From the IMG/VR virus record IMGVR_UViG_3300025877_000002: DNA of 64,000 nt; one strand, 5' to 3'. A program made the position numbers and the translations under genes. The DNA comes from an uncultured virus (IMG/VR IMGVR_UViG_3300025877_000002) (lineage: Duplodnaviria; Heunggongvirae; Uroviricota; Caudoviricetes). This document shows, one piece after another, positions 36,903 through 47,276 of the stretch (the stretch's first letter is position 1; every line of letters starts with the position of its first letter). The notes below the pieces were generated by a model. The model saw only the letters and a list, made by a program, of their open reading frames with translations, searched no databases and was not told the origin of the DNA.

Positions 36903-39736
36903 TAGCTAAGAGTAGAGATTTGTAGTTTTAATTTAACAAGGTCAGGTATTAAGATGGTTGTTCCTACTGGTAGTTCGAAACAATTCTCTAACCCATTGAT
37001 ATCCATGATAGTCCAGTACAAATGGTTATCTCCGAAGTATTTAGTAGCGATTGACCAGATGGTATCAAATTCAGTTACCAAGTGATAGGTATCATCTTCG
37101 GTTCCTTTATACTTTAACTTCCTTCTGTTCAGAGTACTTAGACTGTCCCCGTAATTTATTACCCTTGAGTTTGGAGTTCCAAAGGGATTATCAGACCTTA
37201 ATAGAATGGGTCTTAATTCCTCTGGTGCAGCTCCTCCTGTTTCATTTTTAGCATCCGATCCCACCCGTGTGAATTGGTTTACATTGGTATCAATACACTG
37301 ATATAGGGTGGTAGCTAATGAATCTTCACTATATCCACCATATCCATCTACTGCCCTTACCGTGAAAGTGCCTGGACCGTATACTATAATTGTCCTTGTT
37401 GTTTCTCCTGTTGACCAGAGGTTACCCCCGGGGTATGATGAAGTTAATTCAACAAATCCCCCAACCGGTACACAGTTATTTGATCGTGTGATTATTGGTG
37501 CATCGGGACCTTGTGGATACTGTATTCGAAGGATATTACTCGGTACATAAGGGGGACTACAACTTCCTGGATTCTGTATAAAGGCCTGTACAGTATCCCC
37601 GTTATTTAGGTTATATATTAACTCCCAGTTATTTATTCCTACATCTAACCCGTTTACTTCCCAACGATAGTTAGCCGCAGGATCTATATTGTTTCCGCTT
37701 GTTCTAAAGGTAACCGTAGCGCCATTTTGGATAGGCGTAGTGTTACCAGTTATAACTGCAGTTGGAATAACTTGACTTGTATATACTACGTTTACTAGAT
37801 TAGACGTTAGGCCATTTGCAACTACCGAATAAATACCAGCAGAATTAATAGTGATTGAATTTGTTGTTTCCCCAGTTGACCAAAGATTTCCAAATGGCTC
37901 TGAAGAGTAAAGGATCAATGGGATATTAGGACAGATATCTAACTGCCCCGCAACTCCACTTGGTGTTATTATGGGAGGTGTTGGGAAGGCTGAGGTAGTG
38001 AATAACTGAGAACTTGAGAAAGAACTGGTACTTCCACTACAATCTGTTTGTAACTGGAATTCGTAATCAGTATTAGAGATTAATCCCGAAAGGGTAATGA
38101 ATAATGCTGTAGTGCTTCCTGTTACCCAAGATCCTGCACCCACTTCTCTGTATCTGTAGTTATAGGCTACTGCTGTGTTTGCTAAGTCCCAAGAGAACTG
38201 AGCTGATGTATTACCCAGTGCAGCCAGGGCTAAATTAGAAGGTAGAGCACAGGTAGCTGAGAGGGTGGTGAAGTTAAATGAGGCGGAGAAAGAAGAGGGG
38301 GTTGGTGAACACCCTGTTTGTACTTGGAATTCATGAGCTGTTGCAGCAGTTAATCCCGTTAAGGCTAATGAGTTAGTTACTGTACTTGCAGTAGTCCATG
38401 ATCCTGCTCCTACTTCCCGATACCTTATGTTATAGGCATTTACTGAGTTAGCTGTCCAACCTAAAGTTACTGTAGTAGTAGCCAATGAACTTACTCCCAA
38501 CCCAATGGGTAATGGGCAAACAGCTGCACTTTGAGTAGTGAACAGGGATGACAGAGTCCAAGTTGAGAATACCCCTGATCCACAATCTGATTGTACTTGA
38601 AACTCATAATTACTTCCTGCTGTAAGGCCGGTTAGTATTTTGTTGAGTACTGTTGAGGTTGTAGTTAACCATGTCGGTGATCCTACAATACGGTATCGGA
38701 TATTGTATAGAGTAGCATTAGTACCTATTGTCCAATTAACTTGGGCTGAGGTTGTACTGATTGCCGATGTGGATAATGATCCGGGTATACCACAAGTTGC
38801 AGGTACATTATGTATATAATCCAATTCTCGCATTAAACTCTGCTCGAATAGGATCATACCAGGCATAGTTATATTAGCCTGAACTGCTCCATAAGTATCT
38901 GATTGAAAGCTGTTAGGAGTACCTATACCCCCCGGAACTGTGAAGCAGAATGCTCTCCACCAATCAAAGATTGATTTCTTAGCACCCACTACTACTCCTG
39001 CTGAGTTCTTACCTTCAAAGGCATAACCCGCAAAATTTACTGCAGGATTTGGAGTTGTACCATATCCGTTGTTATTGGTATGTTCGCAAGAACAGATTGG
39101 TAATGCAGTGTATGGGCCGAAGTTATCAGAGATATCCCTGATCTTCTGTTTTATGTAAGTGTATTCAGCCCACAGTCTGTAATCATGGAAGAATAGCCTT
39201 GGTATCCTTTGGGCCATTGCTACCAACTCAGCAGCTGTTGCATGTCCCAGATAAATATCTATCCCTACGTTAATGGGAGTAAGGGCAGCAATAGCATAAT
39301 CTAGGTTTGAGATTAGGTTATTAAAAGCTGTTGTCCTTGCAGCACTTCCCACTGAGTATTGCCAAAACTCATCCTCAAAGGCAAACATTCGGAATTGCTT
39401 GTTTACAGGCTGACCGGCATTGAAGTTAACTACTGCATCTACGGTATTAGCTGATCCCGAGTGTACAGCTGCTACCTTCATGTTAACAGCTGAGAACTTA
39501 GCAATAAGAGTGGAGATAAGGGTTTTACCTGTATTAGTATAAGCCGCGTTAACCCTCCAGTAATTTAGATCGTATAAAAGAGCATAGGTTACATGTTCGT
39601 CTACACACCATTGAACTAGGCTATTCTCTTTAGCGGAATTGCCTAGTATCACATGGTAAGGATTTAAAGCACTACCTTCGTAGAGCTTATCTATATATAC
39701 CCCAAATTCTTGGGGGACTAAAGGAGCTGTCGGCAT
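36902..39736 (-). CDS. Tail X/LysM protein fused to GH-like, 3x FN3 and Ig-like domains
   Basis: C-terminal HLVTEFDTIWSIATKYFGD..YWTI..IN..LPVGTTILIP LysM; three FN3 repeats (W...YNIRYR...YEFQVQ.DC); two WSTGETT Ig-like repeats. Confidence 0.8.
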   Translation of the reverse strand: MPTAPLVPQEFGVYIDKLYEGSALNPYHVILGNSAKENSLVQWCVDEHVTYALLYDLNYWRVNAAYTNTGKTLISTLIAKFSAVNMKVAAVHSGSANTVDAVVNFNAGQPVNKQFRMFAFEDEFWQYSVGSAARTTAFNNLISNLDYAIAALTPINVGIDIYLGHATAAELVAMAQRIPRLFFHDYRLWAEYTYIKQKIRDISDNFGPYTALPICSCEHTNNNGYGTTPNPAVNFAGYAFEGKNSAGVVVGAKKSIFDWWRAFCFTVPGGIGTPNSFQSDTYGAVQANITMPGMILFEQSLMRELDYIHNVPATCGIPGSLSTSAISTTSAQVNWTIGTNATLYNIRYRIVGSPTWLTTTSTVLNKILTGLTAGSNYEFQVQSDCGSGVFSTWTLSSLFTTQSAAVCPLPIGLGVSSLATTTVTLGWTANSVNAYNIRYREVGAGSWTTASTVTNSLALTGLTAATAHEFQVQTGCSPTPSSFSASFNFTTLSATCALPSNLALAALGNTSAQFSWDLANTAVAYNYRYREVGAGSWVTGSTTALFITLSGLISNTDYEFQLQTDCSGSTSSFSSSQLFTTSAFPTPPIITPSGVAGQLDICPNIPLILYSSEPFGNLWSTGETTNSITINSAGIYSVVANGLTSNLVNVVYTSQVIPTAVITGNTTPIQNGATVTFRTSGNNIDPAANYRWEVNGLDVGINNWELIYNLNNGDTVQAFIQNPGSCSPPYVPSNILRIQYPQGPDAPIITRSNNCVPVGGFVELTSSYPGGNLWSTGETTRTIIVYGPGTFTVRAVDGYGGYSEDSLATTLYQCIDTNVNQFTRVGSDAKNETGGAAPEELRPILLRSDNPFGTPNSRVINYGDSLSTLNRRKLKYKGTEDDTYHLVTEFDTIWSIATKYFGDNHLYWTIMDINGLENCFELPVGTTILIPDLVKLKLQISTLS

Positions 39737-39739
39737 GGG

Positions 39740-40381
39740 TTATTTGTTGTGAGATCTTATCTCTTCCCTTGTTCTGTTGTGTTTAGATACTCTAACTAAG
39801 GATATTTTCTGAGTTGCTAATGTTGGCATTAACCTACGGGCTCCATGAAATAGGCTTACTTCGTAGGGGGCTGCTTTGATTAACCAAGTTGCCTCTTCTA
39901 AAAAAGCCCCCAATCCCCCACCGCCATCTTCTGCGGATTCATCGGGAGAAGTCCAGAATATGCCTATTAATTTAGGTTTACCCGTATAGGCATCGTTTTT
40001 AGCCATTGCCTCTACCCATTTACATTTCTTAATTACATCCTGTCTATTTTCCTCTTGGGCATAATAACTCAATTCAAAATCCAATGTGTCTTCCGCTCCA
40101 GTATAATGTTGGAAGGGGTTGTTACGACCCGGTGAAGACATGGATACTATTTTTATGCCAGGATCAAAACTCATTACCGATGGTAAGTTTTGGATTTCCA
40201 TACTATTAGTTGGGTTACCTAAGTCTACTAAGTAGCATGACCTCCTGTATTTAAACTTCTTAGCGGGCTGTATATAGTCGAATGGCCCCAATTCTTGACC
40301 CACCCAAGTTTGTCTAACTGGATCCCACTGAGCTGCTTTTCCTGCGTTTAGGGCTAATACCTGTACTTCGTCTAAGGGCAT
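39740..40381 (-). CDS. Tail tube initiator (CIS tube-like) protein
   Basis: GRNNPFQHYTGAEDTLDFEL; position directly after the tape measure gene. Confidence 0.65.
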   Translation of the reverse strand: MPLDEVQVLALNAGKAAQWDPVRQTWVGQELGPFDYIQPAKKFKYRRSCYLVDLGNPTNSMEIQNLPSVMSFDPGIKIVSMSSPGRNNPFQHYTGAEDTLDFELSYYAQEENRQDVIKKCKWVEAMAKNDAYTGKPKLIGIFWTSPDESAEDGGGGLGAFLEEATWLIKAAPYEVSLFHGARRLMPTLATQKISLVRVSKHNRTREEIRSHNK

Positions 40382-40382
40382 C

Positions 40383-42392
40383 TTATTGTAGTTTAAAACC
40401 TAAAGTTTGATTTAAAGCCTTTTGTTGTTCTCGGTTAATTCGTTTAGTATCAATTACCCTACCGTCTGGAGTTACGAAGTTAACTACTACATCCCCACCT
40501 TTTTGGCCTGTGATACTATCTATTAACTGATCTATCTTCATCATGGTTTTACCAGAAGGATCTGTGAAATAAGGGCTCCTTGTTTCTGCTACTGGCCTTG
40601 TAGCTGGAGTTACTGATCCTGTAGCATGTCGGGTAGCTAGTTGAGCTAATTGCCCATAGTTTCCGGGTAAGAAAGCAGTAAGATGATTTACCACTCCCCT
40701 TATCCAATTGTATACTGAAACGAACATGTTTCCTATACTATCCAATACCCCTTTAAACTTATCCGATATGTTATATAGTACTGTTAATGCTACTGTGATT
40801 ACTGCTATTGCTCTACCCCATGGTGAGATTAATCCGATTATCCTTGCTATTCCCGCTCCCATACCCACGCTAAAGAAGTTGGCTAATGATTTTCCCCAAG
40901 TGGCAATGAATTTCCATTTACCTGCAGATAGGCTCATCATAGCCCCATTCTTAGCAAAGAAGGTAAATACGCCCGATAGGTTTAGTTTTAAAGCCTGGAA
41001 GATATTTGCTATCCCTTTAAATAATCCACCGCCTTGTGCAAATAGAGTAAAGCCTCCAGACATACGAATGAGGGCTAAACTTGCCATCATTGCCATTATA
41101 CCAGCAGCCAATGTTCCCAATACTATTACTATTACTCCGGCACCTATTACTATCTTACCTAAAGTAGTATGGGAGAAGGCAGCTAATACCTTAGCCACTT
41201 TGGTTAATACCCTTAGAAGAGGAATAAGCCCTGTTTGAATTACTTCTGTCATTGATACTTTGAGTTCAAACATAGCCTTGTTCCATAAGAACATCTGTTG
41301 CTGTGGCTGACTCATCCTATCGAATACTAATTTATCCAATTCTCCCCCAGTGGTTTTTCCGATCTGATCAGTGATTTCCTGCATTGTTTTTGCGGGTAAT
41401 CCCTCCATAGTCTTACCATCCAAGAAATCCATTAACAAGGATACTTTAGCTCCCCGTACTCCAAAGATTGTTTCTAAGGCCTGGTTCCTTGGGATAGTAC
41501 CCATACCCTTTAACCTATCTCTTAGCATTGTTAATAACTCTACTCTTTCCTTAAGATTACCGTTTGCATCTTGGAAATTAGCTGAGGTAAGTCCCATTGA
41601 TGCTAATGCTGCTGCCTGTTTCGGAGATTGCTGTGCACTTACAGCATCGGCCATGAAACGATAGGAGTTAGCTATTGATGTACCTGCTATTGATCCTTTT
41701 AAACCAGCCTGGGCTAATGCTGATATCTCTCCCACCGCATCAACCATGTCCACATTAAACATCTTCAATAGGGGACCCGCATATTTCAGGGACTCTACTA
41801 TTTGAGGTGCACTTACTGTGGTTAAGTTGGCTGCTTTGGCAAGTTGGGCTGCTACTAGTTTGGAATCAGAAATATTCTTACCAAACATGGCCATTACGTT
41901 CAGGAGCATGTTTGTTGAACCCCCTTCTCCACCAATGGCAATATCGGCTACGGTTGCAAATCCCATTGTTGCTTGGGTCATCGCATCCATATCCTCCTTA
42001 GTCTTAATACCTGCTTTACTTAACTCTAAGAAGGTTTCAGCTATCTGAGTAGCGGCAAATGGGAATCTATAAGATAAATCCAAAGCTCTCTGCTGCATAT
42101 CATTCATCTCAGCAGTAGTTAATCCGGCAATGGCTTTAGTCTTATAGAGTACGGTTTGGAATTCATTTACTTCATCCATTGCCTTCCTCATCCCGTACAT
42201 CATTGATAATCCGCCCAAAGCTGTTGCTGTGGACATATTAGCGATTGTCTGAGTTTGTCCCCTTACCTTTCTTTGGATATCATTGGATAACTTATGAAAG
42301 TTGGAATTTACTTTGGCTGCGGTTGCACTAAAGTTATCCCGTAGGAATAACGATACTCCGATACCTAGTACACTGTTTACAGTTCCGAACAT
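40383..42392 (-). CDS. Tail tape measure protein
   Basis: TP901-type core (ELSKAG, LKYAGP, LAQAGLKGSIAGT, IFGVRG); Ala/Gly-rich with hydrophobic helices. Confidence 0.92.
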   Translation of the reverse strand: MFGTVNSVLGIGVSLFLRDNFSATAAKVNSNFHKLSNDIQRKVRGQTQTIANMSTATALGGLSMMYGMRKAMDEVNEFQTVLYKTKAIAGLTTAEMNDMQQRALDLSYRFPFAATQIAETFLELSKAGIKTKEDMDAMTQATMGFATVADIAIGGEGGSTNMLLNVMAMFGKNISDSKLVAAQLAKAANLTTVSAPQIVESLKYAGPLLKMFNVDMVDAVGEISALAQAGLKGSIAGTSIANSYRFMADAVSAQQSPKQAAALASMGLTSANFQDANGNLKERVELLTMLRDRLKGMGTIPRNQALETIFGVRGAKVSLLMDFLDGKTMEGLPAKTMQEITDQIGKTTGGELDKLVFDRMSQPQQQMFLWNKAMFELKVSMTEVIQTGLIPLLRVLTKVAKVLAAFSHTTLGKIVIGAGVIVIVLGTLAAGIMAMMASLALIRMSGGFTLFAQGGGLFKGIANIFQALKLNLSGVFTFFAKNGAMMSLSAGKWKFIATWGKSLANFFSVGMGAGIARIIGLISPWGRAIAVITVALTVLYNISDKFKGVLDSIGNMFVSVYNWIRGVVNHLTAFLPGNYGQLAQLATRHATGSVTPATRPVAETRSPYFTDPSGKTMMKIDQLIDSITGQKGGDVVVNFVTPDGRVIDTKRINREQQKALNQTLGFKLQ

Positions 42393-42393
42393 T

Positions 42394-42573
42394 CTAATTG
42401 TTTATTTTATCGTATTCCTCTTTAAGGTGTTTGTTTACAGCATCAGCTGCGGCTTTTAATTTTAATTTACGGCCTGAAGGTAAGTAATACCATTCAGTGA
42501 AGGTCAAGCCTTTAGCTCCTGACCTGCAGACATAGAAGTAATCGGCTTCTATATCTCCGTTGGAAAGAAAAAA
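42394..42573 (-). CDS. -1 frameshift extension (gpGT-like) of the tail assembly chaperone
   Basis: Slippery T TTT TTC at 42573-42567; the -1 frame is open for about 58 codons (LSNGDIEADYFYVCRSGAKGLTFTEWYYLPSGRK...EEYDKINN*) and ends 2 nt before the tape-measure ATG. Confidence 0.8.
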   Translation of the reverse strand, partial: FFLSNGDIEADYFYVCRSGAKGLTFTEWYYLPSGRKLKLKAAADAVNKHLKEEYDKINN

Positions 42574-43361
42574 TCGGTTACTCCCAAAAGATTTACCTGA
42601 TCCACGTTATGGCATTTCGGGCAGGGAATGCTACAAATTGCGTCCCATGGTTCATCATAGGTTTTTACAATTTTCCTTAATTCCAACATGTCCCGTGAAG
42701 TGAAGGGTTTAAAGTTTTGTACTGTTGTCCAGTTATCCCCTTCTAACTTTGCTTCTAACTTACGACTAAGCAGTTCATAGTTCTTATTTAGGTCTTCTTG
42801 GGCTACTTCTAGAAATATAGATTCACCTTCGCCGTCTAAATACTTAAGTCGTATCTGCTTACCACTAGATAAAGTCTTTTCGATAGGGTTTACAATGGGT
42901 TGTACTGGGTAAGCGGGCATTAAAGTGGCATAGTAGCCGGGTTCTCCTAGCGAAGGTCTTGGGTTCTTGAAATCCCAGAAGAATTGATTAAGGTCTTCCT
43001 CATAAGGGTGATCATCCAGAGAAGAGAAGCCGCAAGTTTTTCTGGAGCAAGTGTGTCCGAATTTAACGATCGGCCCAAGAGAGAAGATACGAGAAGCAAA
43101 TAGGATTGCACTTCTATCCCGAATAGGGATTTGAGATGCTTCCTTTTCTGTCATCCTATGTTTGGTTCCACTTACTGCAGTTACTACAGCAGCTATCCAC
43201 TTATTGAAGTTAGACCCATCTTTGGCTCCACCTGCATTAGATAATATGGCATCATCATCCCCGTTTGTTTCTCGGAGAGTATAGGCTATACCTGAAGGAC
43301 CAACAAAGGTCTGTTCTGATGGCCTAATGTAATTTTGTACTGGGTTTTCGTCTTTTGACAT
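42549..43361 (-). CDS. Tail assembly chaperone
   Basis: Lies between tube and tape measure genes; C..C and CPKC motifs; ends DFFFP at the slippery site. Confidence 0.8.
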   Translation of the reverse strand: MSKDENPVQNYIRPSEQTFVGPSGIAYTLRETNGDDDAILSNAGGAKDGSNFNKWIAAVVTAVSGTKHRMTEKEASQIPIRDRSAILFASRIFSLGPIVKFGHTCSRKTCGFSSLDDHPYEEDLNQFFWDFKNPRPSLGEPGYYATLMPAYPVQPIVNPIEKTLSSGKQIRLKYLDGEGESIFLEVAQEDLNKNYELLSRKLEAKLEGDNWTTVQNFKPFTSRDMLELRKIVKTYDEPWDAICSIPCPKCHNVDQVNLLGVTDFFFPTEI

Positions 43362-43394
43362 TGTGATTAATTTAAGCTAAATAGTTCCACAAAC

Positions 43395-43427
43395 AAAAAA
43401 GAGCATGGATGATAACCATGCTCTTTT
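43395..43427 (-). terminator. Intrinsic terminator after the tail tube gene
   Basis: GAGCATGG-N7-CCATGCTC followed by a T tract. Confidence 0.8.
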
Positions 43428-43467
43428 GTAGTACCCTGAGGAAGGGATTATTAAGATGAAGGGGATA

Positions 43468-43923
43468 TTAGAAGTGATCTGGTTCGTCTACCTGAAGTTC
43501 GATGTCTTCCATTGTATTATCTGATCCGGTTCTCTTGAAGCTAACTCCGTTGATCTTACTTGGCCATGATCCGTAGAACACCCAAGAGTTGATAACTGTT
43601 ACACCATCATTTAAGAACTGTTCCACAACTACGGTTCTTTTGTAGTTACTAGGAAGATCTCCTCCGCCAGTGAATACGTTTTGTACTTGCAGCATCCAGT
43701 TCCAGATCCAGTTATCAGGGCCTGTGGCACTTGATATCTTTTTGATCTTTAGGGTTCCGAATTTAGCTCTACCGCCGGTTTTGATATCATGGTTAGTATC
43801 ACCGTGCTCAGTTACATCGATATCGAAATCAGGGATATCTACTTCTTGGGCAAGGAAGGGGTTTAATCCCGCTACCGCAATGGAGAAGTTAAAGGTTTTT
43901 CTAGGATTTGGTATTTGTGCCAT
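43468..43923 (-). CDS. Tail tube protein (T4 gp19-like)
   Basis: NPRKTFNF, IWNW, W.FYGSWPSK, E.IELQVD. Confidence 0.92.
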   Translation of the reverse strand: MAQIPNPRKTFNFSIAVAGLNPFLAQEVDIPDFDIDVTEHGDTNHDIKTGGRAKFGTLKIKKISSATGPDNWIWNWMLQVQNVFTGGGDLPSNYKRTVVVEQFLNDGVTVINSWVFYGSWPSKINGVSFKRTGSDNTMEDIELQVDEPDHF

Positions 43924-43937
43924 TATTGGTTAGGGGC

Positions 43938-45509
43938 TTAAGCTTGAACTACGTTGAAGTTAACAGATAGAGGAGTTACTACGATATCTACCGTAATCTC
44001 ATTTAATGAAGGAATGATTTTCTCGAATAACCTTGCTTTGTACTTACCATTACCAAGATCGGTTAAGTTATTAACCGTTACATCTGATAATTTAGAAGCA
44101 AATTGATCTCCCTGCCAGCTGTATGAGAATAATGCTCTTTCTCTTACTAACATATCCAGGAATGGTTCTACTCCTCGGTAGATTGCCTTGAATGTTTGGA
44201 TATCTCCGGGTTCTTCTAGGAATGCTCGTAAAGCAGGTCCCAGTGATTTTTGCTGGTAGATAATTAACCTTACTGCATTGTTCCAAGACATGGCATCATT
44301 TGTAAGCTGACCCGAGAAGTTACCGCTTAGGTAGATTCGGCCATCCATTTGAACCACCATGTTTATTTGGTGTTGGGCTAATAATTCCAAATCATCCTGT
44401 AGAGCAGGTGTTCCGAAGTTATTAACTACTCCCAAGCAATTAGGGATAAATCCACGGTTGATACCCGCAAATGAGAACCATTCGTGAGCGGTACGATCAG
44501 AGTATGCACAGATACCTAGTACATCTCCCAATTCAGAGATTGACTTACTTACCCCAGTTGTCTGATCCAACACTTTAACTCCGCCTCCGAAGAAGGCAGT
44601 GTATTTAGAATCAATGGCAGTAGTGTCACGGTCAGTGATATAACCGGTAGCTGAAGTGTTAGTATTAGCTAAATGGGCAAAGTATTGAAGATCTGTACGA
44701 GCAGCTGCATAAGCAGACCCACCTACGTGAATATCATTATCTGACATTTCAGGTGCACAGATTTGCATAGCATCAGCATAAGGGTTGAAGGCATAGAATC
44801 CTGTACCACCCGCAGAATCTCCCACGTAATCTACTGCAACTACTGTACCTCCATCTGATCCTGAAGCATAGGTCTTCACTACGTTAGCAGGTCTTAATAA
44901 CAATGCGGTAGCAATACCGGATAGGTCATTATAGGTTACATCTACTAACTGTGATCCTTTGATTACAGCATCAAGGTAATGAGAGTTTGCAATAGTTGGA
45001 CCGGCAGCAGCTACTAAAGGAGCCTTAAGGTTTTGATATGTTTCAGTAAGGCTTGAATCATTGATATGATAAATCCTTAAGTTGAAATACAGTGAATTCC
45101 CATTTGATGCAGCCTCAATAGCTGCTCTGATGTTATTATAATCAGCTCCGGCATATTTTAGGGTTAGTGAAAATAGTGCGGTTGGAGTGGAATTGGAGAA
45201 AGCAGTTGTTGTTGCTTTAACAGCGGTTGTTGTTGCTGAGTCAGATACATCAGTATAATGAACTACTCGGTTAACCCGTAACTGAGCCCCTCTTTCTAAT
45301 GCTCGTTTACATAAGAGTGGGAAATCTGAGCTAGGGATTAAACCCCCAAACAGTTTCTCGAATTGATCCCAAGAAGTGATTATATCCTTTGGATCAGAGC
45401 TTGGCCCTCTCAAAGTAATACCTTCTACAAAACTAATCCCTTTTAATAGGGCAGCTATTGAGAAGGTGAGGTTGGTGATATTAAAGTTTACTCTTGCTGT
45501 TCCTGGCAT
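43938..45509 (-). CDS. Tail sheath protein
   Basis: G.TLRGP, WDQFEKLFGG, WFSFAGINRG, INMVV, VRLI; immediately upstream of the tube gene. Confidence 0.92.
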   Translation of the reverse strand: MPGTARVNFNITNLTFSIAALLKGISFVEGITLRGPSSDPKDIITSWDQFEKLFGGLIPSSDFPLLCKRALERGAQLRVNRVVHYTDVSDSATTTAVKATTTAFSNSTPTALFSLTLKYAGADYNNIRAAIEAASNGNSLYFNLRIYHINDSSLTETYQNLKAPLVAAAGPTIANSHYLDAVIKGSQLVDVTYNDLSGIATALLLRPANVVKTYASGSDGGTVVAVDYVGDSAGGTGFYAFNPYADAMQICAPEMSDNDIHVGGSAYAAARTDLQYFAHLANTNTSATGYITDRDTTAIDSKYTAFFGGGVKVLDQTTGVSKSISELGDVLGICAYSDRTAHEWFSFAGINRGFIPNCLGVVNNFGTPALQDDLELLAQHQINMVVQMDGRIYLSGNFSGQLTNDAMSWNNAVRLIIYQQKSLGPALRAFLEEPGDIQTFKAIYRGVEPFLDMLVRERALFSYSWQGDQFASKLSDVTVNNLTDLGNGKYKARLFEKIIPSLNEITVDIVVTPLSVNFNVVQA

Positions 45510-45559
45510 GGCTCAATGTTCTTGGTGTTATAAGTTATTCTATATGATTTAGTATTGAG

Positions 45560-46249
45560 TTAATCGATTACGATTTGAGCATCGGGATCAATTTGATCCT
45601 CTTCTCCAGTCCTTACATCTACTGTAATCTCTGTAATAGGATAAACAGCTGGTCCAACTGCACTAGCTGTGTCCCAAATATCTTGTACAGTATACATATA
45701 ACCTGCTTCTCTGTAACCCTCCTCAGTAAAGGAAGTTTCGCTAAAACCCACTTGCCTTACGAAAATCTTCTCGATATTATTTACATCATCGTACCAATCT
45801 ATATAACCCCTTGATGGAAGGGCTAAGGCTAATATCTGATGCAATATCCTTCCCTCAGCCGCTGATTGGTATACTAATGATATTTTATAGGTAAGGTCTT
45901 TAGTTTCAGGGGGAGTGGTAGTGGGTAAATAAGAAGTGATAGCAGGCCCAGTTAGAACAGGTACATGATGGGGATTGGGGGTTCCGCCAAGAGCACCAGT
46001 TAACCGTTGTTCTTCTAAGATCACTATACGGGGAATCTTTACTCCATATTTCTTTTGACTTGATCCCACCCCGAATACCTCTACTGCAAATCCCTTAACT
46101 GTTTTAATTGCGGCTAGGGCAGCCTCAAAAGTAGTTTCGGTAGTCACAACCAGAGCATCGGGTGTATAACCCTTATCCACTAATTCCAACCGTAGGGCAT
46201 GGTATAGAGATCTTTCTACTCTTTCAAGAGTGTTGATTAGGACTGTCAT
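45560..46249 (-). CDS. Tail terminator / completion protein
   Basis: Position between neck and sheath genes. Confidence 0.55.
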   Translation of the reverse strand: MTVLINTLERVERSLYHALRLELVDKGYTPDALVVTTETTFEAALAAIKTVKGFAVEVFGVGSSQKKYGVKIPRIVILEEQRLTGALGGTPNPHHVPVLTGPAITSYLPTTTPPETKDLTYKISLVYQSAAEGRILHQILALALPSRGYIDWYDDVNNIEKIFVRQVGFSETSFTEEGYREAGYMYTVQDIWDTASAVGPAVYPITEITVDVRTGEEDQIDPDAQIVID

Positions 46250-46806
46250 ACTGGTGCGTTATATTTCCTTAACTCGGCTAATGATACACTTGGCCAACCA
46301 TCGGCTTTAAGTTGTCTACGGATTTCTTTTACAAAGAATTTATCGATTCCTATTTTGTTTAGTTCCTTAGCAGAAGGTCCCCAAAGAGGTCTTACAGGTA
46401 ATTTAATACCTTTACCGAAGAGATTAGTAATTTGGGGCTTACCTTCATGAAATAGAGCAACCTTATACAATGGGATCCTGCCCCCTTTAATAGTTGAGTA
46501 ATACCTATCCTTTCTTATACCAATACTATAAGAATCTCCTCTTTTCTCTATTCGGATGGCATCGAAGTATTTCCACCTTTCAACGAGAACCATTTCCTTA
46601 TTTGCCCTTTTTCTACGGGCATAGGCCTCTGATAGGGGTTTCCAACGAAGGTCCTGATTTACTAAGTGATCTCTTAAAATATCCTGCAATTTAGTAGCAG
46701 TGGCCTTTTGTCCAGCCATTACCGCTCTATGAAGGGAGGGTTGTAATTTCTTTGTTAACTCCGCTACTTTATCCCATTCTCCTATTTTCTTTATTCCGAA
46801 TATCAT
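46246..46806 (-). CDS. Neck / virion morphogenesis protein
   Basis: WKPLSEAY..RK, VALFHEG, LPVRPLWGP motifs. Confidence 0.7.
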   Translation of the reverse strand: MIFGIKKIGEWDKVAELTKKLQPSLHRAVMAGQKATATKLQDILRDHLVNQDLRWKPLSEAYARRKRANKEMVLVERWKYFDAIRIEKRGDSYSIGIRKDRYYSTIKGGRIPLYKVALFHEGKPQITNLFGKGIKLPVRPLWGPSAKELNKIGIDKFFVKEIRRQLKADGWPSVSLAELRKYNAPV

Positions 46807-47276
46807 GGTATGTCTGGGGTACCTGTAAGTAGCTCTTCTCGTTTAACAATGATCATCATCCAGGTTTGTTCATCTCCGGCTTGTGAAGTAGGAGTATCTC
46901 CTAGAGCTTTGTGAACTCTACCATCAAATACAAATCTGTCGGCAGCTGGATTGAAGTTGAAGTTATTGTTTGCATTAATATAGCCAAGTTCTCTAAGGTA
47001 ATCATAGTTCATCAGGATAGCGATATTCTCTTTATCCTGTTCTCCCATGTCCATAGTACGAGTTACTGGCCAAGTTCTAAAGGCATTGTATTGAAGGATT
47101 ACTTCAAGGGTTATATTTGTAAAGGTTTCTCCCGCATTATCTTCGCCATTTGGGTCTACCCCGCCAAGTGATTTTCTCCACACTATCTCTTTTTTCCCAA
47201 AAGTTTCTTGGGCATCTCGCATGATAGCTTTATAGATATCCCAGTTAGCTGGGCCTATTAAATCTGTTATTGGCAT
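46803..47276 (-). CDS. Head closure / head-tail joining protein
   Basis: Size, position and DRFVFDGRV pattern. Confidence 0.6.
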   Translation of the reverse strand: MPITDLIGPANWDIYKAIMRDAQETFGKKEIVWRKSLGGVDPNGEDNAGETFTNITLEVILQYNAFRTWPVTRTMDMGEQDKENIAILMNYDYLRELGYINANNNFNFNPAADRFVFDGRVHKALGDTPTSQAGDEQTWMMIIVKREELLTGTPDIP

